From assembly GCF_964194025.1 (NCBI RefSeq), contig NC_134470.1:76384001-76448000 (forward strand): a stretch of 64,000 nt of DNA, in the 5' to 3' direction. The stretch is from Convolutriloba macropyga. Its lineage: Eukaryota. Shown here in pieces: positions 39,922-53,790 of the stretch. A model generated the notes under the pieces. The model had not been told where the DNA came from. It made no database searches and worked only from the letters and a program-made list of their open reading frames with translations. Position numbers and translations under genes: made by a program. The number at the start of each line of letters is the position of its first letter. Positions within the stretch are counted from its first letter, which is position 1.

Positions 39922-41955
39922 GTGATTCGAATACTCCAACTCCCCGTTGATCTTACTGGATATGGATTTGAAGTCCGCAACTCCTTCTACTTTCAGTTTG
40001 CCTTTGAGGTCTTGGCTACAATTTCTCTCTACCAGAGCATCCAAATGTTTCCGAAATAAACATCTGTTTTTATCGTAGAAGTAAAAAATGTCGCCAACAC
40101 CTTCACATCTGGCCATTTGTTCACATTTGGCTAGTAGAAGTAAAGTCTTACCAGTTCCAGGTTGACCAGTTAGTATCAAGTGAGTAATGCTTTTATCGAG
40201 TAGAATTCGATGCTGTTGTGGACTTAACACAAATTTGAACTGCGGATGGCCACCAGATTTTCCCTCACGTTTTTTGTTCCTCCATACTTCGAATGATTCC
40301 TGGTACCGCTCGTCGACGTCTAAAGCGGTTTTCTCAATGAAAGCAGACATGCTTAAAGTAGCACTGGCGAAGCAAGCAGAGACATAGTCAAGGAAACTGT
40401 GTTTTGGTGTCGAGCGGGAGTCTCCCGGGCTAACTTCAACGTCATCAAATTTAGAAAGAACTGATACTGAGGGGTCCGTCTGTTTGTCAAATAATTCGTC
40501 AATGGTACTGTCACATTTCACGACCTTAAAATTGTCATTAATTCGCAGCCAAACAAGATCATCGCTGGATGAACTGGAGACCAGAAAGGACAAGTAGTTT
40601 GAAACTTGTGCCCAATTTCTGTTTAGTAGGATTGCCAAATCGCTTGGGCTAGTGATTTCCCGTATTTTTGTGACTTCTTCTTTTATGCTTGCGATTTGTG
40701 CAATAAAAATGTCATATTTTAAGTTTGGAAGGCATACAACGACCTTCAACCTGTTCAAATCTTCTAATGTCGTGTTAGCAGAATACAAGTTCCGAAAAGA
40801 ATAAATTATGAACTGCATCTGTGGAATTATCTTTGTAAGGCATTGCTTTAGTTTGTTTGAGACTGATGATTGCTTTGCTTTTTCGGGACTTTCAGACAAG
40901 CCGACCTCGAAAGCAACAATGTGCTCTTTTCCCAAGTACAACCAGTTTGGAATCTTTGAATTTTCTGGCAACGTTGCAATGGTCTGCAAGTGTTCGTGGG
41001 AGAAGCCTCGGATCAGAACCCCACAAGATTTCTCAATTTTAGCCAATAACAGTTCAGAGAACAGTCGGACTTCACCCAAATATATTGAGTAGTCTTTAAA
41101 TTTTCCCAACTCTCCCTTTTCTGTGTAACAATACAGCATGTTGTCCAGCATTCTATTGAAAGAGGGAATCGACTCAAGTTTGCACTCACGGTCGGGAAAG
41201 AAAAAGTCGAAGGTTTCAACAACTTTGTCAATTTGATTTATTGACACTGGCTCCCCACCCATGAACTTGTGAGTTGGGCCCGGAAGATAAAGTTCTTCTC
41301 TGTTTAGGTTGTAAATATAAAACGCTATCAATTTCTCGACAAAATCAAACTGCCTACGTGAACAAGCGACTGGTTTGTCGATAACTTCAGCCAGCTTTCT
41401 TTTTCTTGTTAAAATAAAAACTGGACTGATGTTGCCCGAATCACAGTTTTTCGAGATGTAGTCGTTCATCAATGACTGGAACTTGAGGAATTCTTTGCAT
41501 TTTTCATTTTTCGGAGCAGTACAAATCACAAGTTGTATAGTCATGGCATTCTGACCAAAACTCGGTCCGTAAAACTGTTTTACGACTTCATTCAAATTTC
41601 TGAGTTGGTGTTGAAAAGATTTGTAAATTTTGTAAATTTTGTCCCCCTCTCCTTTTTTGGAAATATCTTCTATCATTTTGAATATAAACACTTTACCCGA
41701 ATTCGGCGCCGGAATGAACAAACATCCAAACGGTATTTCTTCTGGTGGTGATGTAGAAGTTTTCGATGTGTTGTCAAGTGTTTTTGGATGCTTTCGAACA
41801 ACTAATCCGTTTTGTCCTGTCAGAAGAAGAAATGAAATCAACCTATTGTGCGAGAGGACGCTCTGAATAAATGGGTTAAGCAAAACTAGTTCACGTTTAG
41901 GCGAGGGAAGCACCACTAAGCTGCTTTCCATTGCGTCTCGTAAGTTTGGGCTCAT
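39922..41955 (-). CDS. Exon 1: NERD-like domain(s) + helicase Q-motif and Walker A
   Basis: Intact ATG-initiated ORF of 713 codons. GEVRLF...IPNWLYLG..IVAFEVG (from aa ~294), then LSPQQ and LTGQPGTGKT (aa ~597). Phase-0 donor CAC|GTAATC joins in frame to exon 2. Confidence 0.85.
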
Positions 41956-44058
41956 TTTATTAACAAAATAGGAACAGTTTCATTTGCAAAACAACAAAAT
42001 CAAAAAATCTCATTTTATAGGTTTCTCAATTTGTCAGCTCGTGAATCTGAATTCTTTTCGCTTTGACAAATTATCATTTAAAAAATGACAAATGTCGGTC
42101 AAGTGATATTGGGTAAAAGTTTAACGTCTAATCATTGTAGATATAAACTGAGGTTCAAAAAATTCCCTCATAAAGCTCACGTTTTTCGGTTTGAATGTGA
42201 TAGAAATTTTTAATTAATCTGTTGCGTCCCCACAGACCCGGGTTGACACGTAACATTTTTTACACAGTGACGTGCGATGTAACGAATAATTTGTAACTGG
42301 GGTTCTAAAACACACTGGGGATCGAAGACAGAAAAGATCCAAAATTTCTTTAAAGAGATACAATCTTTTCAAAAGGGTTCAGCAATCATCAGCGCCACAT
42401 GTTCAAAAGTGAAACAATTTAAGTCAATAAGTAACAAAAGTTCTAAAAAGAATAGCAGTACAATTTGATTTTTGTGACTGTTTTTCAATGCACCGTAGCT
42501 TTCTAACGAAACATTTATGAAACTCATAACGTTTACATCTCGTACCAAACAGTGAACATAAAACAAAACAAAAGTATTCGTATTGAATATTAAAAACAAA
42601 GTAAAATCAAGCAACACAAAAAGAGTCCGATTGAAGAAAGCTAAAACATGCTCGTTTAATTAGAATGTCAAAAAGCTTCTTTTTGCTGCTCACTTTATTT
42701 TTTATTTGATAAAAATTAAAAATGAATAGTGAGAGCAATAAAAAATGTAACAAAAGCTGCTCAAACTTGGTATTGATGCAAACACGTGCTCATTGAGATG
42801 AGTTTTCAAGGATTTCGCAATTTTCCTGAAAATAAACTCTTGTCGGCACCAGATGGTTATCTTCCAAGAATTTGTAATATTCTTGCTTGCAAAAATGGCT
42901 ATCTTGCAAGCCGGTGGCTATCTTGTAAGATCTTGTAAAGCAAATGGTTCGTTCCAGTCGAGCTCTTCTGTCATTGGCTGTTATAGACGCATTATCGTCC
43001 AATTAGCACGGAAACTTCCCAAAATTTAATTGAGTGAGTTATAGGAGATAATTTGAATCAATATTTTCATCAGATATCAAAAAATGAAACATGAGTGCAA
43101 TCAACTAAGAGTTAAGTTTTAACGTTTCGTTGAGCAATACAAACTTGAAAACTCCTCAAAACACATATACTGTTCAATTATTTTTTAATTTTTCCACAAT
43201 AACACATTTCAATTATTTACACTTTTTTGCATCACACAATTTGGATCTGTTCTGTTTCCCTAGTGGGTGCTATATAACAGCATATAATTTGTAACGGGAG
43301 AGAGCTCCGCTGTCATACATAAAGTTCCGTTTTCTTGTTTTCCTATTTTGGCGAAATGACCAAAAACTTTCAAATTATAGTTTTTTTACACACCTGGTTA
43401 TTTTTCTCAAGAACATTGCAAGAAATAGTGTCATTCAATGACCTGGCAACTGTATCATAAAATCAATTGATCGCGAATTACAAAAAACATAACTGCGATT
43501 TCTCACGTTTAGAAACTAACACAATGACGAAAATGCAAATGAGAGGATTTCTGTCTTTTATTTGTCTAAGGGCGGTAAAACTGTCAATTGTCTTGCGTTT
43601 AGAAACAACAATTGCAGGCATTCAGATAACATTAAGAATTTTTGCGTATTTTTCACGAAAATTTATTTTATCAGTTTTTAATAGTTTTGATCTATCTGCT
43701 GTTTCTTCAACCTTTTCCCCTCACTCAGCTGAAAATCATGAGCGTTCGGCGAGCGGGACTGTTCAATATCCCGCCTCAGTTTTGCTAAACGCTAAATTCA
43801 ATTAGAGTTTACAGGGAAGGAAGCAAAAGTTGAAGTCAACATCGACATGAAACCAAGTTGCGCAAATGGGCCAATTATTTTGTTCCTAAACAGAAGCGGG
43901 CCACAAATCTGGTGAATGTGGTTACACGCATTGCCCAAACAGGCAGAATAGACCTTCGGGCGACCCTGGCAACGATACATACCGCAAATAGAACAGAATA
44001 GGTGATGTGTTTGTTTGAGATCAGAAGTTGTGTTATATTATGAAAAGACAACAGCACA

Positions 44059-44963
44059 CCCAGGCCTTGGCCTCGACTTATGAAAAGACTTTAAAAGTTT
44101 AGTAGGGGGCCAATACTGACTATAACTACACGGTCGAGCTTCCTAGTTAAAGTCGAGCTAATATCTTTTCATGAGTCCACCATTAGTCATTTCATAACAA
44201 ACAAAGTCGAGTAAAGGTCTTTTCATGGGTCCATCATTATCCTTTTCATAAGTCTGTTTTTTTCAAAATCCAAATTTTTTTCCTGCTTCTGTACATACAG
44301 AATCAGAGCCGGAGCAAGACTAAATAGCTTTGCACCAGAGCAGTCCAAATTAAGAGAAGAGAACTGACAAAAACTCTTCAGATCTTTGTCAAATCTTGAG
44401 AAAAAGAGCTATGACAGCTCGAGTATTTTATGACATTACTTGATTCAATGAAACCAGCTAGCTTAAGTGTATTGGTCCTAGTCCCATTTGCCATGACAAA
44501 ATTTCGGCGTTATTCAGATTGTTTTCCCTTCCAAATTTATGAACTATTATTTTTTAAGAATAATGAAGGTTTTTGAGGGAAAAAGAGGTTCTTCTGAATC
44601 GTAAAAAAAATGAAGGGGCATACACGCTGACTACGTTATATGCGAAATTGCCCGGAGAATTTTGATGGCAATAAAGCAAACTATTGAAAAAACCAACGAT
44701 GGATCCATGAAAAGACTTTAACTCGACTTTGCAAACATGGTGTCGAGCTGAAGTCAAGCCCAAATATTACGTCGAGCTAAGGTCTTTTAAAAAAATTTGG
44801 GTGCAGCTAAAATCTTTTGCAAAAAATCTGAGTCGAGCTTAAGTCCAGAATGTTTTAAAGTCCAGCTAAGATCTTTTCATTTCTCAAAGGATTTGAGTTT
44901 GGTCAATTCATAGTAGATTTGAGTCGAGCATTGTCTTTTCATAAGTATGTGCCTAGACCTGGG
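44059..44963. mobile_element. Non-autonomous CMC/EnSpm-like element (905 bp)
   Basis: TIRs cccaggccttggcctcgacttatgaaaagac / reverse complement cccaggtctaggcacatacttatgaaaagac. 2-bp TSD CA; repeated gtcgagct and gtcttttcat subterminal motifs. Confidence 0.85.
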
Positions 44964-45599
44964 CAGTTTGAAGTTTTCGTTAAAATTTACCCCTTACCCC
45001 GTTTTAATAATGTAAGAAACGTCGGTTTTCGATTTTATAAAGGTTAATAAAAATTTCGTATAATTTTCGATAAAAAGCCTCTCTCGCCAAATAATACTCC
45101 AAGCTAGTTCAAAATACTTTTAATGCCCAAAAGTTCCAGTGACTACGGAAACATTCCGTAACTTAATTAGATTATCATCAGTTTAAAGTTACGGAGAAAA
45201 ATTTTCCAAGCAGGCTGGAGTCTATTGACGGACTAGAAGCAGGTTAATGAATTAAACATCCCTGTGGGAAGAGTTGCAACTTCCCACAAAATTTTATTTT
45301 CTTTGTTCACGAGAAGGCAAAAATAATTTTTTGAACCAAACTTCGAACCAAAACCATTGGTTTTTCAGTTTTGCAAAAAAATTGATAAAAAATTTTTGAT
45401 TCCATAACCACACCATTAAAGGCAACAAAAAGCAGATTAAAATTAAAAAGCAATTTTTTTCACAAACTGTGAATTAGAAATTTCAGTGTCAATTTCCAGA
45501 CTGCAATTTTCACAAAATGAAGTCCAATTCTGGATAACTGAGTAATCTTTTTCGTCTCATTTAAGATCACTGAGTTGTTTTCTTAAATTATGATGCCAG

Positions 45600-48500
45600 T
45601 CACTGTAAATGGATGGATTTTTTGTTTATGTGTATAGTTTTGACATAAAAATATTTATTATTTTGCTTATTTAAGACCAGACAAGAATGAATCTATTTAT
45701 GAAGCACGGAATCTGTCAAAAATGTCCTTGGGTAACTCGTCATCCCATGCTCTTCCATTGACACGCCAATGTTTATCAAGATTAAACGAGCACCTAAAAT
45801 AAATCGCAAAAAGGCCAATTGGTTCGTAGACGTTTGATATAAGACATTAAAAAAAGCGCTTTGCTATACGTTTCGGTATGGTGCTATTAGTACCCCTGCT
45901 CACAACTGTGGCGTTGTTGTTGTGCTCCCATTTAAACCCAAGCGTGTGCTTTGATTCCTCCTCGGATGGAACGATGACTTTCGGTTCAGAAAATTGAACG
46001 GACACATCACTTCAGTCAGCCAGATATGGCACATTGCATAAAAATTAGGTAAGCTTGAACACACCTAGTTAAAGAGTTGGTACCAACTCCTTCGACATAT
46101 ATAGGGACCTTTGGGGTGATATCACTGAATCTAGGTAGTCGTCTGTGTGGAATTTCTCAAGGACGGATTTGGGGCTTCCAGATCTTTTCTGCGTTATCTC
46201 GTGGGTGCGCTGAAGCGCGTTGTTAGCGCAAGCGGGCGACTCTTTTGCCCTTAACATGTGCCGTGCATACTTTTCTACAGTGACTTTTTGTTGGGTTCTC
46301 CCACAACAAAGAAGCGCAAAGCTGGCTGATCACATGGTAATATTCTAATGCAGGAACATTCCCTCGATATCTACTGATCAGGCAAAACGGCAAAAGCATG
46401 TTGTGTGAAAGGGAGGTTTAAATAGACCGGGGTTAATAGGGATTTGTAGTCAGCAGTGTCCCGTTGAGTAAAGGCCTAATAGGAGATGATACGTGCCATT
46501 TTCAACACTGCTTTTGACAATTTTTACAAAATGCAGCCCGGATCTGGATAAAATATTGATTGTTTTTGTGTGATTTAACATCATTGAGCTTAGCTTCTCG
46601 AATTTTGATGTTATTTGGAGCCCTATGGGGGAAACCACTAAATCTAGGAAATCGTCCGTGTAAAAGTTCTCAACGACGGTTTTTGTGGCTTCGAGATACT
46701 ATTGCGTTCTCTCGTGGGTGCACTGAAGCGACTGGTTAGCGCAAGCGGGAGACTCCTTTGCCCTAAACGTGACATGCATACTGTTGTACAGCGATTTCAT
46801 TGTTGTGACCTCCCACCACAAAAAAGCGCAAAGCTGGCTGATCACATGGTACTAATCTCATGTAGGAAATATCCCTCATAATCAAATGATCAGGCAAAAT
46901 GGCAAATGGATGTTGCCTGAACTATTGGTTTACATAAATTAGGTTTTGTACTAAACAGGGTACGTTGAGTATAGGCTTATTAAGACATGATCGGTGCTAT
47001 TATTAGGGTGCTTTCAACTATTTTCACAGAATGCAGCCTTATTCTTGATGAATGATCGATCGTTGGGAGTAATATAAGATCACTGAGTTTCGTTTCTGGA
47101 ATTTTTATATCAATCAAAGTAAATGCACAAATTTTGTTATTTATATGTATCGTTCTGACATAAAACTGTTGATTATTTTGCTTAATTATACCAGACAGGA
47201 ATGAAGCAACTGATGAAGCACGGAGTCAGTCATTTTTGCCTTTGGTCATCTCGTCGTTCTATGTTTGTCCATTAACACGCCAAATGTCTATCAAGATTAA
47301 ACGAGCACCTATATTAACAGCGCGACCAGGCCAATTGAATTGTACACGATTGACATAAGATATAAAAACAAGCGCTATGCTAAACGTTTCGAGATAGAGC
47401 TATAAGTACCCCTTACCACAATTGTAGTGTTGTTGTTGTGCTCCAACTTTAACCCAAGGACGCGCATTAATTCCTCTTCCGGTGAAACGTTGACTTACGG
47501 TTCAGAAGATTGAGCAGACACATCAGTTCGGTCTGCCAGTTCTAGCACAATGCACGCAAACTAAGTGAGCTTTAAGACAACTAGTTGGAGAATTTGTAGC
47601 AATTCCTTTGACATATTTAGGGCCCTCTGTGGGGATACCACTGAATCTAGGTAATTGTCCGTGTAGAAGTTCTCAAGTGCTTCCAGATATTCTTTGAGTA
47701 AGCTTCCGAGTGGGCTAAAGCGCGTTGTTAGCGCAAGCGGGCGAGTCCTTTGCCCAAAGATATAGCGTACATACTGGTATACAACGAAGTTTATAGTGTG
47801 GTCCCCCACCAAAGAGAAGCAAAAAGCTGGCTGTTCATATGTTAGTGATCGAATGTAGGAAAATTCCACCGATATCAAATGATCAGGTAAAACGACGAAC
47901 AGGTGTTGTCTGAACAATAAGTTTACATAGATTTAGCTTTGTAGTAAGCAGGGTCCGTTGAGTAAAAGCTTATTAAGAGATGATCAGTGCCCTTTTTAAG
48001 ACTGCTTTTGACAATTTTCAAAGAATGCAACCAATTCCTGATGAATGATTGATCGTTTGGTGTGATATAAGATCACTGAGTTTCGTTTCTGGAGTTTTTA
48101 TGTCAGTCAAAGTAAATGCACAAATTTCTGCCTTTATATGTATCGTTCTGACATAAAATTGTTTTTTATTTTGCTTAATTACGACCAGGCAGGAAGGAAG
48201 CAACTGATGAAGCACGGAATCAGTCATATTTGCCTTTGGGTATCTCGTCATCCCATGCTTGTCCATTAACACGCCAATTGTCTATCAAGATTAAACGAGC
48301 ACCTATGTTAACAGGCGCGACCAGGCCAATTGGATCGTAGACAATTGACATAAGACATAAAAATAAGCGCTATGCTAAACGTTTCGAGATGGTGCTATTA
48401 GTACCCCTTCCCACATTTTTAGTATTGTTAGTAAGGACGCTCATTGATTCCTCCTCCAATTAAACAATAACTTACTGTTCAGAAGATTGAGCGGACACAT

Positions 48501-49180
48501 CAGTTTGGTCAACCAGTTCTAGCACAATGCACGCAAACTAAGCGAGCTTTAACACACCTAGCTGGAGAATTTGGAATAATTTTTTGACATATTTAGGGCC
48601 CTTGGGGGGATACCACTGAATCTAGGTAATCGTCCGTAAAGAAGTTCTCAAGTGCTTCCAGATGTTCTTTGAGTTAGATAGTGAGTGCGCTAAAGAGCGT
48701 TGTTAGCGCAAGCGAAGAGTCCTTTGGCCCAAAGATATGGCGTGCATACTGGAGTACTATGAAATTTATAGTGTGATCCCTACCAAATAGAAGCGAAAAG
48801 TTGGTTGTTCACATTGTACTAATTGCATGTAGGAAAATTCCACCGATATCAAATGATCAGGTAAAATGGCAATCGGGTGTTGTCTGAAACAAAAGTTTAC
48901 TTAGATTTGGTTTTTTAGTAGGTAGGTTCCATTGAGTAAAGGCTAATTAAGAGACGATCCTCGCCGTTTTCAAGACTGCTTTTATCAGTTTTCACAAAAT
49001 GAAGCCCGATTCTCAATAAAAGATAGATGGTTTTTGTGTGATTCAAGATCACTAAGTTTTGTTTCTGGAATTTTGATGTGGGTCACTGAAACTGCACGGT
49101 TTTTCTCGTTTATATGTATCGTTTTGATTCAAAATTGTTTATTATTTTGCTTAATTAAGAGCAGACAAGAGTGAAGCTAT
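45600..49180 (-). mobile_element. Tandem array of degenerate BEL/Pao RT fragments
   Basis: F(H/Y)TD(D/N)(Y/F)LD RT motif at ~46135, ~46650, ~47650 and ~48625, with colinear flanks. Confidence 0.85.
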
Positions 49181-49829
49181 TGTTCGAAAGATGGTGATAA
49201 AGCACAGGCACATCTCATTTCTCATTGACTTTTTTCTAATCCTAATCTTTAGTTCACTCTAAGTCAAATCAGCAAACCCAAAAGTAATGTTTAATTACTT
49301 CTTGTAATTGATAAATAATTTACATATTTTAGACACCGATTGATGATAATCGCAGTAAATTGTACTATGTTTTTGGCTCTGGTGATGAGATCTATATGTC
49401 CATTCGCGTACTTTTCTATCACTTCTTTCAATTTTTACGGCTTGAGATAAACTTTGACTTTAATCCTGATTATTATGTACTTCTTTCTCCTGCTGAATCT
49501 AATTGCTATCTAAATGTAACAAGCACACTTTTGATAATGTTAATTCTACAAACCTCAACAGTTAATCCACGACGTTAAAAACAAAAGTAAACGAACACAA
49601 AATGGCAAATAAAGCAACATTTTCTGACAGATTGTATTGTAAGATGGGCTTAGATTGGTCACCTATTGAAATATGGAACCTAAAAATTATAAGCCTAAAA
49701 TGTGCGCAATTAGTTCATTCGACTTCTACTTATAAAAGAACATCTCTACGTGCATTAATTCTTCTCAAGGGAAAAATTGTTGTTTTAAAAAGCTTTTTTT
49801 ATAATTTTGTTGCTTACATCAATAATGCG

Positions 49830-52800
49830 GTAATATCCTCCGGTCCGGGAAAAGGTGTTGGCAGGATTGGGTCAAGCTTAACGAGCGGATGGACGAGCAT
49901 TCCGGAACATATGCGCACGACGCCCGAGCGGAGAACGCTCTCGGAAAATTATCGGAGTTCTTCAATCCGAGCCGTGGGATAGTTACCCTAGAGTTGCTTT
50001 CTGCAGCAATACAGAATAAATCCTCAATCTTGAGGTGCTGCACTGCAGACATCTGCCACTTAGATGTACGGCTAAGAACACGTATCAATTCTTTCAACGA
50101 ACGCAATCAATTTCCATTAGCATATTGCTGCGCTGAAGAATTGCATTGCGCATTTGCCTAGTACTGCCACAACAGTTGACGGAAATCAGGTTTCTTGGTT
50201 GCCAAGTAGAAACAGATTGGTGTTATTGCGTTCATTACATATTCAACTACACAAAGGTTGTGATCAAAACCTCATCTTATAGGTGACATTTACCGGGTAT
50301 GGTTTACAGCAATCTGTTAAAACTATGGACCATCATTTTCCAGATGCCACATTGGCGTCACGCACTGGGCGCATCAAACCTCCACTTAATACCCTTATGC
50401 GCAAAATCCGCCGTTTTTTCTATTTTTCATTACATTAAGTGAGTTCCTTCTCCGTTCCGGAGGAAGATGGACGGAAAAACATCAAAATGTACAGTACGAT
50501 CAGTCAGACACGTGAAGAGAAATCCCTTCCTCTTTTGGTAGTCCGACGTAAGCAAACATAAAAATGGCCAGCGTAATCAACCCCGGTTTTTGTGGTGGGA
50601 GGTGACTGATAGGCTAGTCCCTCCTTTGGGAGGTCTGCCGTGATCAGTTGAATGATTGCCGCAAGGATTTTTCAGCACAAGCCGCAGTATGACTCTATGG
50701 AACGCAGCGAAAGAACGTAGTCTAAAGGTAACGAAACGTTTTTTGACTTTTGACCGCATCAAATTGACGTCTGATTGGTCTTTTTCAAATGACTATGCCG
50801 CAGAAAAGTTTAACAACTGTATGACATGCATTCAGCACGATATGATGCTTAGTGTCAAAGATAATTTCCACTAGCCGTGGCAGTCCATCAGAAGAACGGA
50901 TGAGACAGTGTGGACCAACAAACGGTGTAAATTGAACAATGCGATTGTTCCTCTTGACGGAATCGTTTTTCAAAAAAAAGCCTTTCTTTCGGTAGTAAAG
51001 AATTTTTCTAGATCAAAGTACTGGAAATGGGGCTCGACTTCGTCAAACTAAGCAAGATCTGCGATGTTGCCGTCTTCCGTACTTTTTTTTCATGAGATTG
51101 TAAAATGTGCACCATCTATGTGGTAACAAAAATTAGTTTTTGATAAACACTGAATTTGTCAAACAAGATTCGTGAAGCGATCGGTTCCCTGACGGGATTG
51201 GCTGCGGATGAGGTGGATTTATCGTCCTGTTCCTTGGTTACAACGCCGAGCTTAATGTTGTCGATGAGGGCCGATATTTGGTACGACAGGGAATTGCTTA
51301 CTTCTCATGAAGTCAGTGTTTTTGCCCCGCTACTGATTTGCAAAATTTCAGCTGACGTAACAGTCGTGCAAGCATCTGCCGTTCTATGACAAGTGGCGAC
51401 GTGGTTGCAATTACCACCCTGGTGTGCTTCGCATTTCACTTACACAATCTGTAATGAAGATGGGAAGATGGGGTGCTTTTTTTAAGATTACCCACTGCAA
51501 GAAGATCGTAATATCTGTACAAATTAAAACTTTCTCTAAAGTAACGATCAATGATACAGTGCTAGAAAAATTTTCTTTTCAGGTGTCCAATGACAAGAGT
51601 TGTTGGCATTCCAAACTCTGGGTAGCTGGTCCAGAATAGGAGCTTCTTGGTAAATTGAACTCGGTCAACTGCGCTGCATGAAAATACGATGCACGGAATC
51701 TGTTAACTTTGTCTTGGGTTACTCGTCATCTTATGTTTTTCTATTGACGCACTGGGCGGATCAAACCTCTACTTAATGCCCCTATGCGCATCATTCGCGG
51801 TGTGTTCCATTTTTCAACACAATAACTGAGTTCTATCTCCGTTCCGGAGAACGACGGACAGAACAGTTTCAAAATGGACAGTACAAGTAGTCATACACGT
51901 GAAGAGAAATCCCCACCTCTTTCGGTAGTCCAACGTAAGGAAACATAAAAACGGCCAATGTAATCAACCCCGGTGTTTGTGAGGGGAGGTGACTGATACG
52001 CTAGTCCCTCCTTTGAGAGATCTGCCGTGATCAGTTGTATGATTTCCGCGTGGAAATTTCGGCACACGCAATAGTTTGACTCTATGGAACGCAGTAAAAG
52101 AACGTACTCTAAAAATAACAAAATGTTCTTGTACTTTTGACCGCATCAAATTGACGCTTGAATCGTCTTATTCAAATGACCACAAACAATTTAACAACTG
52201 TTTGACATGCAACCAGCACGATATGATGCTTATCGTCACAGTCAGTTTCCTCTAGCCGTTGCAGTCGACCAGATGAACGGATGAGACAGTGAGGGCCAAC
52301 AAATGGTGTAAATTGAACAATGCGATTGTTTCTCTTGAGGGAATCGTTGTTGAAAAAAAGCTTTTCGTTCGGTAGTAAAGAACATTTTTAGTTCAAAGTA
52401 CTGGAGATGGCGCTCGACTTCGTCAAACGCAGCAAGATCTGCGATGCTGTCGTCTACGGTAAGGTAATTTTCATAAGATTGTAAAATGTGCAGCATCTAT
52501 GTGGTAACACAAATTATTTTTTGATAAAACCTGAATTTGTCAAACAAGATTCGTGAAGCGATCGGTTCCCTAACGGGATTGGCTGCGGATGAGGTGGATT
52601 TATCATCCTGTTCCTTGGTTACAACGCCGAGCTTGATATTGTCGATGAGGTCGATATTTGGTACGACAGAGAATTGCTTACTTCTAATGAAGTCAGTGCT
52701 TTTGCCCCGCTACTGATTTGCAAAATTTCAGCTGACGTAACAGTCGTGCAAGCATCTGCCAGTCTATGACAAGTGGTGATGTGGTTGCAATTACCAACCC

Positions 52801-53790
52801 TGGTGGCATTTCACTTACACATTGCAATGAAGATGGGGTGCCTTTTTTAGGATTAACCACTGCAAGAAGATCGTACTATCTTTAAACAATTTTTAATGTA
52901 ACGGTCAACGCTAGACACTTTTTTTACGTGTTCAGTGAGAAGAACTGTTTGCATTTCAAAATCTGGGTAGCTGGTCCTGAATCGTAACTTCTTTTTATTT
53001 TGAACTTAGTCAACTGCGCCACATGAAAACACGATGCACGCAATCTGTTAACTTTGTCCTTGGGTAACTCGTCATCTTATGTTTTTCCATTGACACGCCA
53101 AATGTATATCAAGATGTGAATGGGCATCTATAGTAAACGGTGCGACAAGGTAAAATGGGTCGTAGACCTTTGACACAAGACATGAAAACAAGCGCTTTGA
53201 TAAATTTTTTGGAATGTTGCGATTAGCACCTCTGCTCACAATTGCAGTGTCGTTGTTGTGCTCTCATTTAAACACAATTACGTGCATTGATTGCTCCTCA
53301 GATGAAACGATGGCTTTCTGTTTGGACGATTGAGCTGGCACATCAAATCGGTCAGCCGTATCTATCATATTGAATAAGAACTTAGTATGCTCACGCTCGA
53401 ACACAACTAGATGGAGAAGTTTTATTTAACAGATTGAGGCTCTCTCGGTGGATTTCATTGAATCTAGGTAATCGGCCCTGTAGAAGTTCTCAAGAGAGGT
53501 TTTTGTGGCTTCCAGATACTCTTTGCGTTTTCTCATGTGTGTGCTGAAGCGGCAAGTTGGCGAGTCCTAAATGTGTAGCGTGCTTACTTGTTAACCACAA
53601 CATTTATTGTGGGGTCCTCCCACCTTAAAAAAACGTAAAGCTGGCTGATCACAAGTTATCAATCTAATTTGCAGGAGAATTCCATCATATAAAACTGATA
53701 AGGCAAAAAGGAAGATGAATGTTGTCTGAGCCCTAGGATTACATAGATTAGGTTTTGTATTAAGCAGGGTCCGTTGAGACACGGCCTATT
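49830..53790 (-). mobile_element. Two tandem degenerate BEL/Pao pol (RT-RNaseH-integrase) segments
   Basis: PPLTNTGVDYIGRFYV integrase motif at ~51960 with a copy at ~50575 (~1.39 kb period); another RT YLDS at ~53465. Confidence 0.85.
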
